NCBI GenBank assembly: GCA_965200965.1 | Contig: OZ241744.1 | Location: 2,560,001 to 2,624,000, forward strand | From: an uncultured Candidatus Binatia bacterium | GTDB lineage: Bacteria > Desulfobacterota > Binatia > Bin18 | Length of the DNA: 64,000 nucleotides | Direction of reading: 5' to 3' | Part shown: piece by piece, positions 1-8,699 of the stretch | How positions within the stretch are numbered: the first letter of the stretch is position 1 | Layout of the letters: every line of letters starts with the position of its first letter | Program-made: the position numbers and the translations under genes | Notes under the pieces: model-generated | What the model was told of the DNA's origin: nothing | The model's database searches: none | The model's input: the letters and a program-made list of their open reading frames with translations, nothing else

Positions 1-861
1 AATGGAGGAAGCGGTGTTCCTCTGGCCGGCGTCGTGCAAGACCCGCCCGGTCTTCCCGTCGTGTGCTTGGAGGTCGCGGCTGTGGGCCAGCCGGGCGAGG
101 GGAATCCGACCGAGGAAGCAGCGCTCGACCTCGGCGAGGCGGCTGGAGAAGGCGGACTCGTCAAGCGCGAGATCACTGCCGACGATCACGACATTGCCGC
201 CAAACACGCGAAACACGACCGTGTGCGGCCAGGCCGCAGCAAAGGTAGTTCGGGCCGCGGGATAGGCGGGGACGCCTGAGTGCAGGTTGGTGGCAAGCAC
301 GCCGCCCGGGGCGAGGCAGGTTCGGCATTCGGCGTAAAACTTCCGGGTGCTCAGGTGGGCTGGAATGCCTTGGGCACGGTAGGCGTCAAGCAGGATCAGG
401 TCATAGGATGGCCGGCCGGCAGTCCGGCGCAGATAGTCCCAGCCGTCCTGGACGATAATCCGCTGACGGCTGTCCTGGACAAGACCAAAGAAGCGTTCGG
501 CTATCTCAACAACCAGCGGATCAAGCTCAACGGTGTGCAGGGTCGTCCGCTCCAGGTAGTGGTGGAGCGTCATTTGCAGGCGTCCGCCGCCCAGACCGAT
601 GAGCAGAATACGCCGGGGATGGGGCTGCCAGACCAGAGCCAGGAGCATGGCCTGGGTATAGGCCGAGGGCAGGGCCAGAGGGCTAGTAGGGTCAAGCCGT
701 GACTGGACTTCTTCGAGCCGGCTGTGTGGGTGGCGATAGCACAGCAGGAGTTGGCGGCGGGTGCGGCGGACGACGATGTGGTTGTAGGCCGAGACCTGCT
801 CATGCACGATGCCGGGCCGCATAGTGCGGACGCCGGCCAGCCGGTGGGCGAGAACGGCCAC
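1..861 (-). CDS. Spermidine-synthase-like SAM-dependent methyltransferase (partial, runs off left edge)
   Basis: Not in ORF track. Manual translation from GTG 861/ATG 822 gives ...RILLIGLGGGRL...TVELDPLVVEIAERFFG...IIVQDGWDYL...YDLILLDAY... (class I MTase motifs), open to position 1. Confidence 0.8.
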   Translation of the reverse strand, partial: MAVLAHRLAGVRTMRPGIVHEQVSAYNHIVVRRTRRQLLLCYRHPHSRLEEVQSRLDPTSPLALPSAYTQAMLLALVWQPHPRRILLIGLGGGRLQMTLHHYLERTTLHTVELDPLVVEIAERFFGLVQDSRQRIIVQDGWDYLRRTAGRPSYDLILLDAYRAQGIPAHLSTRKFYAECRTCLAPGGVLATNLHSGVPAYPAARTTFAAAWPHTVVFRVFGGNVVIVGSDLALDESAFSSRLAEVERCFLGRIPLARLAHSRDLQAHDGKTGRVLHDAGQRNTASSI

Positions 862-950
862 ATTGCGCTCTTGCCAAGATGATTGGGGGGCAGGATGTGG
901 TGCGCGTCGCCGCCAGCCGGGCATTCTTCCCCATCGTTGTGGGCGTGGCG

Positions 951-1367
951 TCATTTGAGGGTGGCGATGGCCAGGCGGTGCAGACCCTCGGTCCGGGCCA
1001 GGTCCATCACGCTCACCACCCGCCCGTGCTGGACTTCCTGGTCGGCGCGGACTACCAGGGTAATCTTGCCGCCCTTTTCCCGCTCGGCCTGGAACACGTC
1101 CTGAAGCTGCTCAAGGCTGGTCTCTTGGTCGTTCAGAAACAGGCCACCACCTTTGGCCAAGCTCACGGTCAGGCGTTTCTGTTCCTGTTGAGAGGCGGCT
1201 GAGGACGCCTTGGGGAGGCTGACATCAACCCGGCCCTCTCTGCTCTGACTGAATGTGGCAAGAAAGCTGAAGGTGATGAAGAAGAAGATGAACATGTTCA
1301 TGATGATGTCGGTCAGGGCTATTGAGTCGAGGCTCAGCTTGGGCGGTGCGTGCTTGCTAAACTGCAT
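951..1367 (-). CDS. exbD: ExbD/TolR family biopolymer transport protein
   Basis: TM helix with conserved Asp (ALTDIIMNMFIFF), VSLPKA, VVRADQEVQHGRVVSVMD. Confidence 0.9.
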   Translation of the reverse strand: MQFSKHAPPKLSLDSIALTDIIMNMFIFFFITFSFLATFSQSREGRVDVSLPKASSAASQQEQKRLTVSLAKGGGLFLNDQETSLEQLQDVFQAEREKGGKITLVVRADQEVQHGRVVSVMDLARTEGLHRLAIATLK

Positions 1368-2112
1368 GGCTCAGCGGCTCCTGGGACCGGGTGAGGATAT
1401 CGACCAGGGTCTCGGTGTACTCTTCGGTCAGCCGGGTCAGGTGTCGGACCCGGCTGGTGAGGTGATGATAGAGCAGATAGTATGGAATGGTCACACTCAG
1501 GCCGGCCGCGGTGGTGATCATGGCTTCGTAGATACCGCCGGCCAGGATGTTAATGGTAATCTGATCGCCCATGACCTCCCAACTCATAAAGGCGCGGATC
1601 AGACCGATGATTGTGCCCAGAAAGCCCAGCATCGGCGCGACCCCGACCACCGCCGCCAGGACGCTCAGATAGGACTCCAGACCGGCAACGACATCGCCAC
1701 CGAGACGTTCGAGACGCCGGGTCAACTCGCCGCGGCCGTGCTCACGGTACACAATGGCGGCTTCAAACAGCCGGCTGAGCGGGCTGGTGTATTCACGACA
1801 GACGCCAAGGGCGATTGAGATATTGCCCTCGGCCAACTGGGGTTCAATACGCTGGTTGAGGGCGTTGAGGTGCTTCCGAAACCGCCACAGGGACCAGAGT
1901 TTCGCCAGCACAATGGCAAGGGCTACGACTGACAGAGCGGCGATGATGAGCAGGACCACGCCGCCTTTGGCCAGAAAAAACCAGACTCCCTGGTCTGTTG
2001 GTAAAATCGTGATGGCCTTTCGCCCTTGCTGTACAGACGCCTCGCCTGTTTTCCGCTTGGCGAGCGGTGAGGACGGCTCGTCTTTGTCAGACTTCACAAT
2101 TCTTGGTGACAA
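1357..2112 (-). CDS. exbB: MotA/TolQ/ExbB proton channel protein; N-terminal ~35 aa derived from palindromic elements
   Basis: APMLGFLGTIIGLIRAF...AGGIYEAMITTAAGL motif; start uncertain (TTG 2112 or GTG 2097). Confidence 0.9.
   Translation of the reverse strand: MSPRIVKSDKDEPSSPLAKRKTGEASVQQGRKAITILPTDQGVWFFLAKGGVVLLIIAALSVVALAIVLAKLWSLWRFRKHLNALNQRIEPQLAEGNISIALGVCREYTSPLSRLFEAAIVYREHGRGELTRRLERLGGDVVAGLESYLSVLAAVVGVAPMLGFLGTIIGLIRAFMSWEVMGDQITINILAGGIYEAMITTAAGLSVTIPYYLLYHHLTSRVRHLTRLTEEYTETLVDILTRSQEPLSHAV
2034..2085 (-). repeat. Family A palindromic element (in exbB N-terminus)
   Basis: cagacgcctcgcctgttttccgcttggcgagcggtgaggacggctcgtcttt. Confidence 0.85.
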
Positions 2113-4549
2113 AGTCCTGGATCTGTTTTTTGAGCTGCGGGTCTCCCAGCCGGTTCAGCATGGCCCGGGTGCCGCGGGCGGTACGACAGCCGGCCTGGGC
2201 GTTGCCGAGTGAGGCGTTGAGGACGGCGACTTCATACGAGCCACGAAACCAGATCGGGTCTCCGACCTGTGAATCCTGGAGCATTTCTTCCCAGTAAGCC
2301 AGCGCTTGCTGTTTGTCGTCGTTGACCTCGGCGATGTGGGCGAGGCCGGCCAGCGAGACCAACGAATAGGCCCCGTCCTGGAGTTCGGTATACAGGGCCG
2401 CGGCCCGGTCGTAGTCTTTGACGTCCAGGTAGAGTTGGGCCAGTTCGTATTTGAACTTGTCCTGGGATTCGTCGGCGGCAAAGTCCTGGCGGGCAATTTT
2501 ATCGCTGTACAGGCGGACCAGGGTGCGCTTGGCGGCCTGGAGGTTTTCTCCAGGGGAATCGTCTGGTCTTCCGCTCGAAAGCTCAGGACGATTCATCTGC
2601 TTTGTCAGGGTCCGAATATCCCGGACTAAGACCTGGTCAAGGGCTTTGAGCAACTCAAGACGCTTGTCGCCGTTATAGTTGGCGAAGATGGCCTCTACGT
2701 TTTTTTCCAGTTCTTTGAACCGGCCGGCTTTCTCCAGGGTAATCAGCCGGACGCGGGCGACGGTTTCAAAGGCATCTTTGTGGACCGGATACTGCTGCTC
2801 GAAGTCGTGCAGCAGGTCGGCGATCTGGACGGCGTTGGCATCGATATCTTCGCTGAGCAGAACTGCATGCATGAACTTGACCCGGCCGCGGTAGTTCCTG
2901 AGATTTTCGCGTTTTTTGCCCTTGGGATTCTGCTGCTCAAACGCAGCGCTGCTCCGCTCAAAGGAGACGAGGGTATCGGCGATTCGCTGTTTGAGCTCGT
3001 CGAGACTGATGCCCGGGTCTTTGGCCGGTGCTTCTTGGCGCAACGCTGCATCGTCTTGTGACTGGTCAGGGCTATTCGTCTTGTGTTCGTAGATCGAAAA
3101 GTAGCTCTGGAGGGTGGCAAAATCGGCCCGGAAGCGAAATTCGATATTACCGCGCACCTGCCGATAGGCATTGACGGCTTCGAGATAGTTTTCCTGCCCG
3201 TGATGGTACTCACCGAGTCGAAAGTGTGCCTCGTGCAGAGCTTTTGAGCGGTTTTTGGTATCGCGCCTGATCAGGTCTCTGGCCGAATCCACATACAGGC
3301 GACCGTTGGCCTGATTCTGTGAGCGGGCAAACAAGGTCTCGGCGGCCTTGAAACGCAGGTAGGCAGCGTTGATCACATTTTTGGACGGCTTGCCACCCAG
3401 GTAGCTGTCGAGGGCGGTTATCGCTTGGCGCAGCCTGCCAGTCCTCACCAGGGCGTCGCCGAGATAATACTGGGCGTCCTGCTTGTAGCGCTGGGCGCGG
3501 GGGTCATCTGACTCCAGAACCGTCCGCAGCAGCGGAATGGCCTTGGCGTGCCGGCCTTGCCGAATAAAGGTCGCCGCGTTGTTCCACGGCAGGTAAGGGT
3601 TGAGGGTCAGCTTTTCGTCTTCGTTGAGTTCTTTGGCCAGCAGCGTATCGGCCCTGTTCTTCCACGAGTCGTCGGCGTCTTGGGATTCTTTGACCCCCAA
3701 TACCAGGCCGATTGCCCGCTCACGCGTCTTGTTGCGCTGCTTGCCCCGTTCTTGCTGGCTGCGCTCAAACAGGCCGGTGGCTTCGGCCAACTGTTGTTCG
3801 AGCAGGTCCTCAGCCGTGGGACCTTGGCGGGGCCGGCGGCCGCTCCTGGCCAGCCGGCGGGTCTCTTTCAGCGCGTTGCGGACCTTGGTACGCATGCTGG
3901 GGCTGGTTGCCCGATCTTGCAATAGCGCCTCAAAGTCTCTGATCGCCCAGTCATACTCGCCCAGTTCCCGCTCGCTCAGGGCGCGGCCGAACAGGGTTTC
4001 GCGTTTGACGTTGGACGCCGGCCCGGAGGCAAACTCGGAGAAGCCGTTAATCGCGTCTTTGAGCATTTGGGTTTGCCGCTTGCCCTCATGCACAAAGGAG
4101 CCGATATAGTTGAGCCAGTTCAGAAAATACAACGATCGGGCAGCCACATCCTGGGCGTCTCTCCAGCGGGCCTCTTCGTACAGCGCCTCAAGGTCGTCGT
4201 CAACGGCCATGATGTCTTGCATCCAGCGCTCCATAGCGTCGGTGTTGGCCTTGTAGATGGCGTGCAGAGGCGCGTTCAGGTCGGTATAAATCTGCCGCAC
4301 GGTTGAGCGCTTGGTCTTGACTGCGCTGGCCAGATCAGAGGCGGCCACAAACTCCATGACCAGCGGCCCGATGACGGCGATGGCGTCAAGCTGTCCGTCC
4401 TTGCCGGTGTTCTTCAACTCGTTGGCGCGATTTTTTGCCTGGACAGCACGCGACGACAAGTCTGAGATCGTCGCCGCACCGCTTGACCCGGGATCTGTCA
4501 GACCGGACGCCAGGGCCAAAAGACAAGTTATGACAATGATGCGTCGCAC
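2087..4549 (-). CDS. Large exported tetratricopeptide-repeat (TPR) protein, 820 aa
   Basis: Signal peptide MRRIIVITCLLALASG; repeated TPR-like helices (AQYYLGDALVR, AHFRLGEYH, YELAQLY). Confidence 0.75.
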   Translation of the reverse strand: MRRIIVITCLLALASGLTDPGSSGAATISDLSSRAVQAKNRANELKNTGKDGQLDAIAVIGPLVMEFVAASDLASAVKTKRSTVRQIYTDLNAPLHAIYKANTDAMERWMQDIMAVDDDLEALYEEARWRDAQDVAARSLYFLNWLNYIGSFVHEGKRQTQMLKDAINGFSEFASGPASNVKRETLFGRALSERELGEYDWAIRDFEALLQDRATSPSMRTKVRNALKETRRLARSGRRPRQGPTAEDLLEQQLAEATGLFERSQQERGKQRNKTRERAIGLVLGVKESQDADDSWKNRADTLLAKELNEDEKLTLNPYLPWNNAATFIRQGRHAKAIPLLRTVLESDDPRAQRYKQDAQYYLGDALVRTGRLRQAITALDSYLGGKPSKNVINAAYLRFKAAETLFARSQNQANGRLYVDSARDLIRRDTKNRSKALHEAHFRLGEYHHGQENYLEAVNAYRQVRGNIEFRFRADFATLQSYFSIYEHKTNSPDQSQDDAALRQEAPAKDPGISLDELKQRIADTLVSFERSSAAFEQQNPKGKKRENLRNYRGRVKFMHAVLLSEDIDANAVQIADLLHDFEQQYPVHKDAFETVARVRLITLEKAGRFKELEKNVEAIFANYNGDKRLELLKALDQVLVRDIRTLTKQMNRPELSSGRPDDSPGENLQAAKRTLVRLYSDKIARQDFAADESQDKFKYELAQLYLDVKDYDRAAALYTELQDGAYSLVSLAGLAHIAEVNDDKQQALAYWEEMLQDSQVGDPIWFRGSYEVAVLNASLGNAQAGCRTARGTRAMLNRLGDPQLKKQIQDFVTKNCEV
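2551..2599 (-). repeat. Family A element, in frame in TPR gene
   Basis: gaatcgtctggtcttccgctcgaaagctcaggacgattcatct; peptide MNRPELSSGRPDDS. Confidence 0.8.
3047..3082 (-). repeat. Family A element (internally deleted), in frame in TPR gene
   Basis: Peptide KTNSPDQSQDDA. Confidence 0.6.
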
Positions 4550-4575
4550 GCTCCCTCTCCTCTATGGTGTGCTTC

Positions 4576-4625
4576 TCCTCATCGTCCTCACATCTTGCTC
4601 AGTGAAGACAAGACGATGAGTCTTT
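4576..4625 (+). repeat. Family A element, intergenic (VWA-TPR)
   Basis: ctcatcgtcctcacatcttgctcagtgaagacaagacgatgagtcttt. Confidence 0.75.
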
Positions 4626-5842
4626 TAGCTCAGGTCTCGCAGGAAGCGTTCCATTTCCGTTTCCCACCGAGTGCCAAAAGTCAGCACGATGATCTGCTTG
4701 GTCAGCCGTTTCTCGTCGGTCAGCGGAATGAACTCCCCTCCGCCGGCTCTGGCGATGGAGGCCATGGTGTCACGAAACTCCTGGTAGAAACCGGGCAGCG
4801 GGGACGGTTTGAAAGCGATCCGGGTCAGATGTGCGTTCTGTTTCCACAGGGCCCGCTCAAAGTCTTCGTGCATCTTTTCGGCCAAGTCTATGACGCTCAC
4901 ATAGCCGCCCCCGGCCCGGAAGCTCTGGGCCAAGTTCAGGATATTGCTGACCGATTCGGGGTGCGGAGAAGAGCCCGACACGATGACCACAATCCGCCGC
5001 GATTTCTTGCGCCAACTGAAATCGTGAATCGCCACATCAACACCCTCGTACACGGCCTCGGGCCAGTCGCCCCCGCCACCGGCTTCGAGGTTGGCCAGAA
5101 AGCTCTGGAGCTTCGAGGTTGAGAAGCTGAAGTCAACCCAGCGGGTGACGAACTCCTCGCCCCGGTCCCGATAGGCAACAATGCCGACCCGTGTGGTATC
5201 GACCATAGTTTGCAGGGATCCGATCATATTGCTGAGTCGCTCTCGGACCGACTCAATCACAAACTGCATGCTGTCGGTCGCGTCAACGACGAGGGCGACA
5301 TCAATCCCGGTCCGACGGAGACCGCCGACGCGGTCGCCGAAGTCACCACCGAGCACACCGCTGACCGAGCCGCTCAGGTTGGTGATCTGGGTGGTCAGAC
5401 CCTTGAGATCGTCAGAGGTGCGGCTCATCTGAATCGTGACCGGACTGAATGCGTTACTCACAATCGGCATGGCGGTCGGCTTGATGGCTGCGACACGGCC
5501 GGCCAGAGGCGGCGGGCCCTCGGCCCATTTCCTGACCCTTTTATGCGGCAGCATATCCATGGACAAGGCCCCGGGCAGGTCTCGCAGAGACGGCTCGCCC
5601 TCCCAGTCGTCCGGGTCCTGTTCGTCTGCCTGCGCGGCCGGGTCTTGGGACGCCGGCAGGGCGGCTACTTTGATGAGCGCCTGGTTTTTCTGCATCACGG
5701 TCACGGCGGTCGTAGCAAACACCGACAGCAGCAGCAGGTGGGCGACGGTGGAGACGGCAAACCAGCGTGCGTTGCTGCCGAACCGGCTTCTGGAAAGCCA
5801 CAGGTCTTCAGGCGGTGTGTTGTTTTTTTCGATAGAAGCCAT
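4625..5842 (-). CDS. Membrane-anchored von Willebrand factor A (VWA) domain protein with TonB-like S-x3-H anchor
   Basis: TM FAVSTVAHLLLLSVF; acidic linker; MIDAS DVALVVDATDSM, RVGIVAYRD, GGGDWPEAV. Confidence 0.85.
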   Translation of the reverse strand: MASIEKNNTPPEDLWLSRSRFGSNARWFAVSTVAHLLLLSVFATTAVTVMQKNQALIKVAALPASQDPAAQADEQDPDDWEGEPSLRDLPGALSMDMLPHKRVRKWAEGPPPLAGRVAAIKPTAMPIVSNAFSPVTIQMSRTSDDLKGLTTQITNLSGSVSGVLGGDFGDRVGGLRRTGIDVALVVDATDSMQFVIESVRERLSNMIGSLQTMVDTTRVGIVAYRDRGEEFVTRWVDFSFSTSKLQSFLANLEAGGGGDWPEAVYEGVDVAIHDFSWRKKSRRIVVIVSGSSPHPESVSNILNLAQSFRAGGGYVSVIDLAEKMHEDFERALWKQNAHLTRIAFKPSPLPGFYQEFRDTMASIARAGGGEFIPLTDEKRLTKQIIVLTFGTRWETEMERFLRDLS

Positions 5843-5886
5843 GCGATCGCTCCCTTTTCTTCTCGCTTCCCTCAGCGCGGGCGTCT

Positions 5887-6306
5887 CTAGCCCGCCCCCT
5901 GCTGGGCGGCGATGGCGATCTGGGTCGCACCGGCCCGCTGGGCCGCGGACAGAATTTTGACGGCTTCGCCCAGAATGACCGATTGGTCGCCCTCAAGGAC
6001 GACCGGGACATCCTGCATCGCCTCGATAATGGGCCGGAGATACAGCTCCAATTCCGCCAGAGCAACCGGCTGGTTATTGACAAAAATTTCTTTCTGGGGC
6101 GTCACCGTGACGATGATCTGGCGCGGCTCGGACTCGGTTTCCTGGACCCGTGGCAGATCAATTGTGGCCCCCGACTGAACCATCGCCACACTGGTCACCA
6201 TAAAGATAATCAGCAGGACGAGAAAGATATCGGTTAGCGGGGTGATGTTGATCTCGGACATAACCTCATCACGCCCGCCCCTCTTCTTTGGACCGCTCAT
6301 TGCCAT
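5887..6306 (-). CDS. exbD: ExbD/TolR family protein
   Basis: EINITPLTDIFLVLLIIFMV motif; GAAGGAGA RBS before ATG 6306. Confidence 0.9.
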   Translation of the reverse strand: MAMSGPKKRGGRDEVMSEINITPLTDIFLVLLIIFMVTSVAMVQSGATIDLPRVQETESEPRQIIVTVTPQKEIFVNNQPVALAELELYLRPIIEAMQDVPVVLEGDQSVILGEAVKILSAAQRAGATQIAIAAQQGAG

Positions 6307-6328
6307 GCGTGTGTCTCCTTCCCCCCAG

Positions 6329-6345
6329 AAAGACGAATCGTCTTT
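6329..6345. repeat. Collapsed family A palindrome at exbB stop
   Basis: AAAGACGA-A-TCGTCTTT perfect 8-bp arms. Confidence 0.6.
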
Positions 6346-6991
6346 AGGAGGCCTGGGGCGCTTCTTTCCTGCCGGTGCGGATCGCGTCAATGATGCGATC
6401 GGAACCAATCGTCATGGCCGTATCAATACGTTCCAGCTTGGTATTGAAGTAATTATAGAAGATAACCGCAACAATCGCGACCGCCAAGCCCAACGCTGTA
6501 GCCACCAGGGCCTCAGAAATACCGCCGGCCACAACAGTAAACCCACCGCTGCCCTCGACCGCCATATTCTGGAAGGACTTGATAATCCCAATGACCGTAC
6601 CCAGCAGGCCGATAAACGGCGCGCTGACACCGGTGGTAGCGAGAATCCAGATTGCGCCCTTGAGCCCTTCGGCCTCTTCAAGACGCCGTTCTTCGGACAG
6701 GGCTGACAACTGCTCAGCAGACTCGTCCTGCTGGCGATCGATAATCTCGTGGAACACCCGCCCAGCAGGCCCTTTGTTCTGCTTCTGGCTGGTCTGTAAG
6801 GCGGCATTGAAATCACCCTGCTGCAGCGGGCTCACCAAGTCTCTGGCCAGATGCAGGGTTTTCGTCATGATCCCGCCCAGCGCCCACAGCCGTTCCAGGA
6901 TGATGGTAATACATACCACCGACATGACGATCAGCGGGTAGCTGACATACCACCCCTGGTGAATCATATCCATTACGCTTAGACCTTCCAT
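6344..6991 (-). CDS. exbB: MotA/TolQ/ExbB proton channel protein
   Basis: SAPFIGLLGTVIGIIKSF...AGGISEALVATALGL; AAAGGAGGA RBS before ATG 6991. Confidence 0.9.
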   Translation of the reverse strand: MEGLSVMDMIHQGWYVSYPLIVMSVVCITIILERLWALGGIMTKTLHLARDLVSPLQQGDFNAALQTSQKQNKGPAGRVFHEIIDRQQDESAEQLSALSEERRLEEAEGLKGAIWILATTGVSAPFIGLLGTVIGIIKSFQNMAVEGSGGFTVVAGGISEALVATALGLAVAIVAVIFYNYFNTKLERIDTAMTIGSDRIIDAIRTGRKEAPQAS

Positions 6992-7010
6992 CTGCTGTCC
7001 TCCTTTTGTG

Positions 7011-7622
7011 TCACCGACCCAGGTCTTCCTCTTCGGCTGAGAAAGACGCATCGTCCTCCCTTCCTGGGTCAACGAAGCTGTTTTGCACGTCGATCTCGTG
7101 CAGAAATCGTTCAAGCCAGTCGATCTCGGCTTTATGGTGAACCAAGCCGTGTTCAATAATTTTGGCCTGGGTGGGGGTGACCTTCCTTTGGGTTGTCCAG
7201 TAGCTTCGCTGTTCGACAATCCAGGCCAGCCGTTTTTGGGCCCATTTGAGGTGGGTGTTCAGGGCTTCGCGCAGTTCGGTGGGCCTGATGAAATGCCCAA
7301 AGGCCAGGGCCGCGTTGAGGGGGTCAAACACCTTCTCTCGGCCCTCGGTATCAAACAGCAGGCGGCGCAACTCGGTCTGGAGATACTCGCAGCCGGCCGC
7401 TGTGATCTGGTAAATCTGCCGCGTCGGGTAACGCCCCTTCTGTTCGGCCCAGGCTTTCTCCACATATCCAGAACGTTCGAGTTGGCCGAGGTTGTAGTAC
7501 AGCGACCCTCCGCTCAGGTTGATATACGTCGCGTACAGCCGCCGTTCGACCTCTTGGCGCAGTTCATAGCCGTGGTACGGTTGCTCAGACAGAAGACCAA
7601 GAACGACGAGTTGAACGCTCAC
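7011..7622 (-). CDS. PadR family transcriptional regulator
   Basis: VLGLLSEQPYHGYELRQ...GSLYYNLGQLERSGYV...YQITAAG winged HTH plus C-terminal helical domain; GTG start after AGGAAGG. Confidence 0.92.
   Translation of the reverse strand: MSVQLVVLGLLSEQPYHGYELRQEVERRLYATYINLSGGSLYYNLGQLERSGYVEKAWAEQKGRYPTRQIYQITAAGCEYLQTELRRLLFDTEGREKVFDPLNAALAFGHFIRPTELREALNTHLKWAQKRLAWIVEQRSYWTTQRKVTPTQAKIIEHGLVHHKAEIDWLERFLHEIDVQNSFVDPGREDDASFSAEEEDLGR
7042..7066 (-). repeat. Family A half element in padR C-terminus
   Basis: aaagacgcatcgtcctcccttcctg; peptide GREDDASF. Confidence 0.7.
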
Positions 7623-7639
7623 AGTATACCCTTCCTGAA

Positions 7640-7657
7640 ATAGTTTGCGTAGACTAT
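7640..7657. promoter_or_regulatory. Putative PadR operator (ATAGT-N8-ACTAT), site 1
   Basis: ATAGTTTGCGTAGACTAT palindrome just upstream of the padR RBS; repeated at 7772. Confidence 0.6.
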
Positions 7658-7771
7658 GGGGGAAGATCAAAAAGCAATAAAATGACCCTGGTGATAACCT
7701 GTATTGGTACTGAACCGTATCCAGTGGGGGGGCTTGACAGGGCTTTGTACTGAGGTGTTACCCTCCTCGAA

Positions 7772-7815
7772 ATAGTTTGCGCAAACCATATAGGCGAAGC
7801 TTGGGCTTTTGTCAA
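7772..7815 (-). promoter_or_regulatory. Putative sigma70 promoter (TTGACA) with overlapping operator site 2
   Basis: TTGACA on minus strand at 7810-7815; near-perfect palindrome ATAGTTTGCGCAAACCAT at 7772-7789 over the -10 region; AT-rich. Confidence 0.55.
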
Positions 7816-7867
7816 GAAAAATTTGAAGAAAAATACTCGGTGCTGTTTTCGTCACGGAGAATGGGGA

Positions 7868-8623
7868 TTATGTTAAACGGTCTTTCGCAACCATCCCCCG
7901 CTCGCGCAGTAAATTGAGGATGATATCGAGGCTGTGGTCCCACAGCTTGACCTTGAGTTGGTCGTACAGGGTGAAGTTGGCCAGCCTTAACATGGGCTGC
8001 TCAGCGACAAAGTCGATGATATTGATGCAGCCAAAGTCCTGATCAATGTTGAACACCCGCCCGTCGTTGATACCCAGAGCCGAAGCCAGCAGGGCGTTAT
8101 TGCTGCCGCCGTGGGCGACGACGAGCAACGTCCGCCAGTCGGCCTGGGCCAGGACTGTACGCAGAAACCGCTCCCCGCGTTCCCGGACTTGGCGGAAACT
8201 CTCGCCGCCCAGATACCGATCGTCCCAGCCGGTGGTCGGACTGGTGAAGAACCGATGCACGGACCGGAAAATATCGGTCAGGCTTTGTGCTGCGGTCAGT
8301 GCATCACTTGGCGTGATCTCTGTCAGGTCTGGATCGAGGCTGACTTCAAGGCCCGTCTCGTCGGCAATAATCTGGGCCGTTTCGTGGGCACGCGACAGCG
8401 GGCTGGAATAGATGCGATCGAGCCGGACGGCGCGAAACAGCAGGGCCGCGGTGGCGATCTGCTCCCGCCCGCGCTCGGTCAGTGCCCCGTTGCCGATCGC
8501 GCTCTCGTTGGTGGTCTGCGAAGACGCATCGTCCTGTCTTCCTCCTGGCGAACGGTGAGGACGATCCGTCTTTTGATAGAGGGTTTCCCCGTGGCGCATG
8601 AGATAGATCCGGCGGCGCGGCAT
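7868..8623 (-). CDS. Histidine phosphatase / phosphoglycerate mutase family protein
   Basis: RHGET, SSPLSRAHETA, GGESF, VVAHGG motifs; family A element inserted after RHGETLYQ. Confidence 0.9.
   Translation of the reverse strand: MPRRRIYLMRHGETLYQKTDRPHRSPGGRQDDASSQTTNESAIGNGALTERGREQIATAALLFRAVRLDRIYSSPLSRAHETAQIIADETGLEVSLDPDLTEITPSDALTAAQSLTDIFRSVHRFFTSPTTGWDDRYLGGESFRQVRERGERFLRTVLAQADWRTLLVVAHGGSNNALLASALGINDGRVFNIDQDFGCINIIDFVAEQPMLRLANFTLYDQLKVKLWDHSLDIILNLLRERGMVAKDRLT
8516..8573 (-). repeat. Family A element, in frame in histidine phosphatase
   Basis: aagacgcatcgtcctgtcttcctcctggcgaacggtgaggacgatccgtcttt; peptide KTDRPHRSPGGRQDDASSQ. Confidence 0.95.
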
Positions 8624-8636
8624 GGTATTCTCCCTC

Positions 8637-8688
8637 AATACTGATCGTCTTGTTTTCCTGATCAAGCTGTTAAGGCAATTCATCTTTT
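8637..8688 (-). repeat. Family A element, decayed, intergenic
   Basis: aatactgatcgtcttgttttcctgatcaagctgttaaggcaattcatctttt aligns to consensus with many transitions. Confidence 0.55.
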
Positions 8689-8699
8689 ACGCTGAAGTG

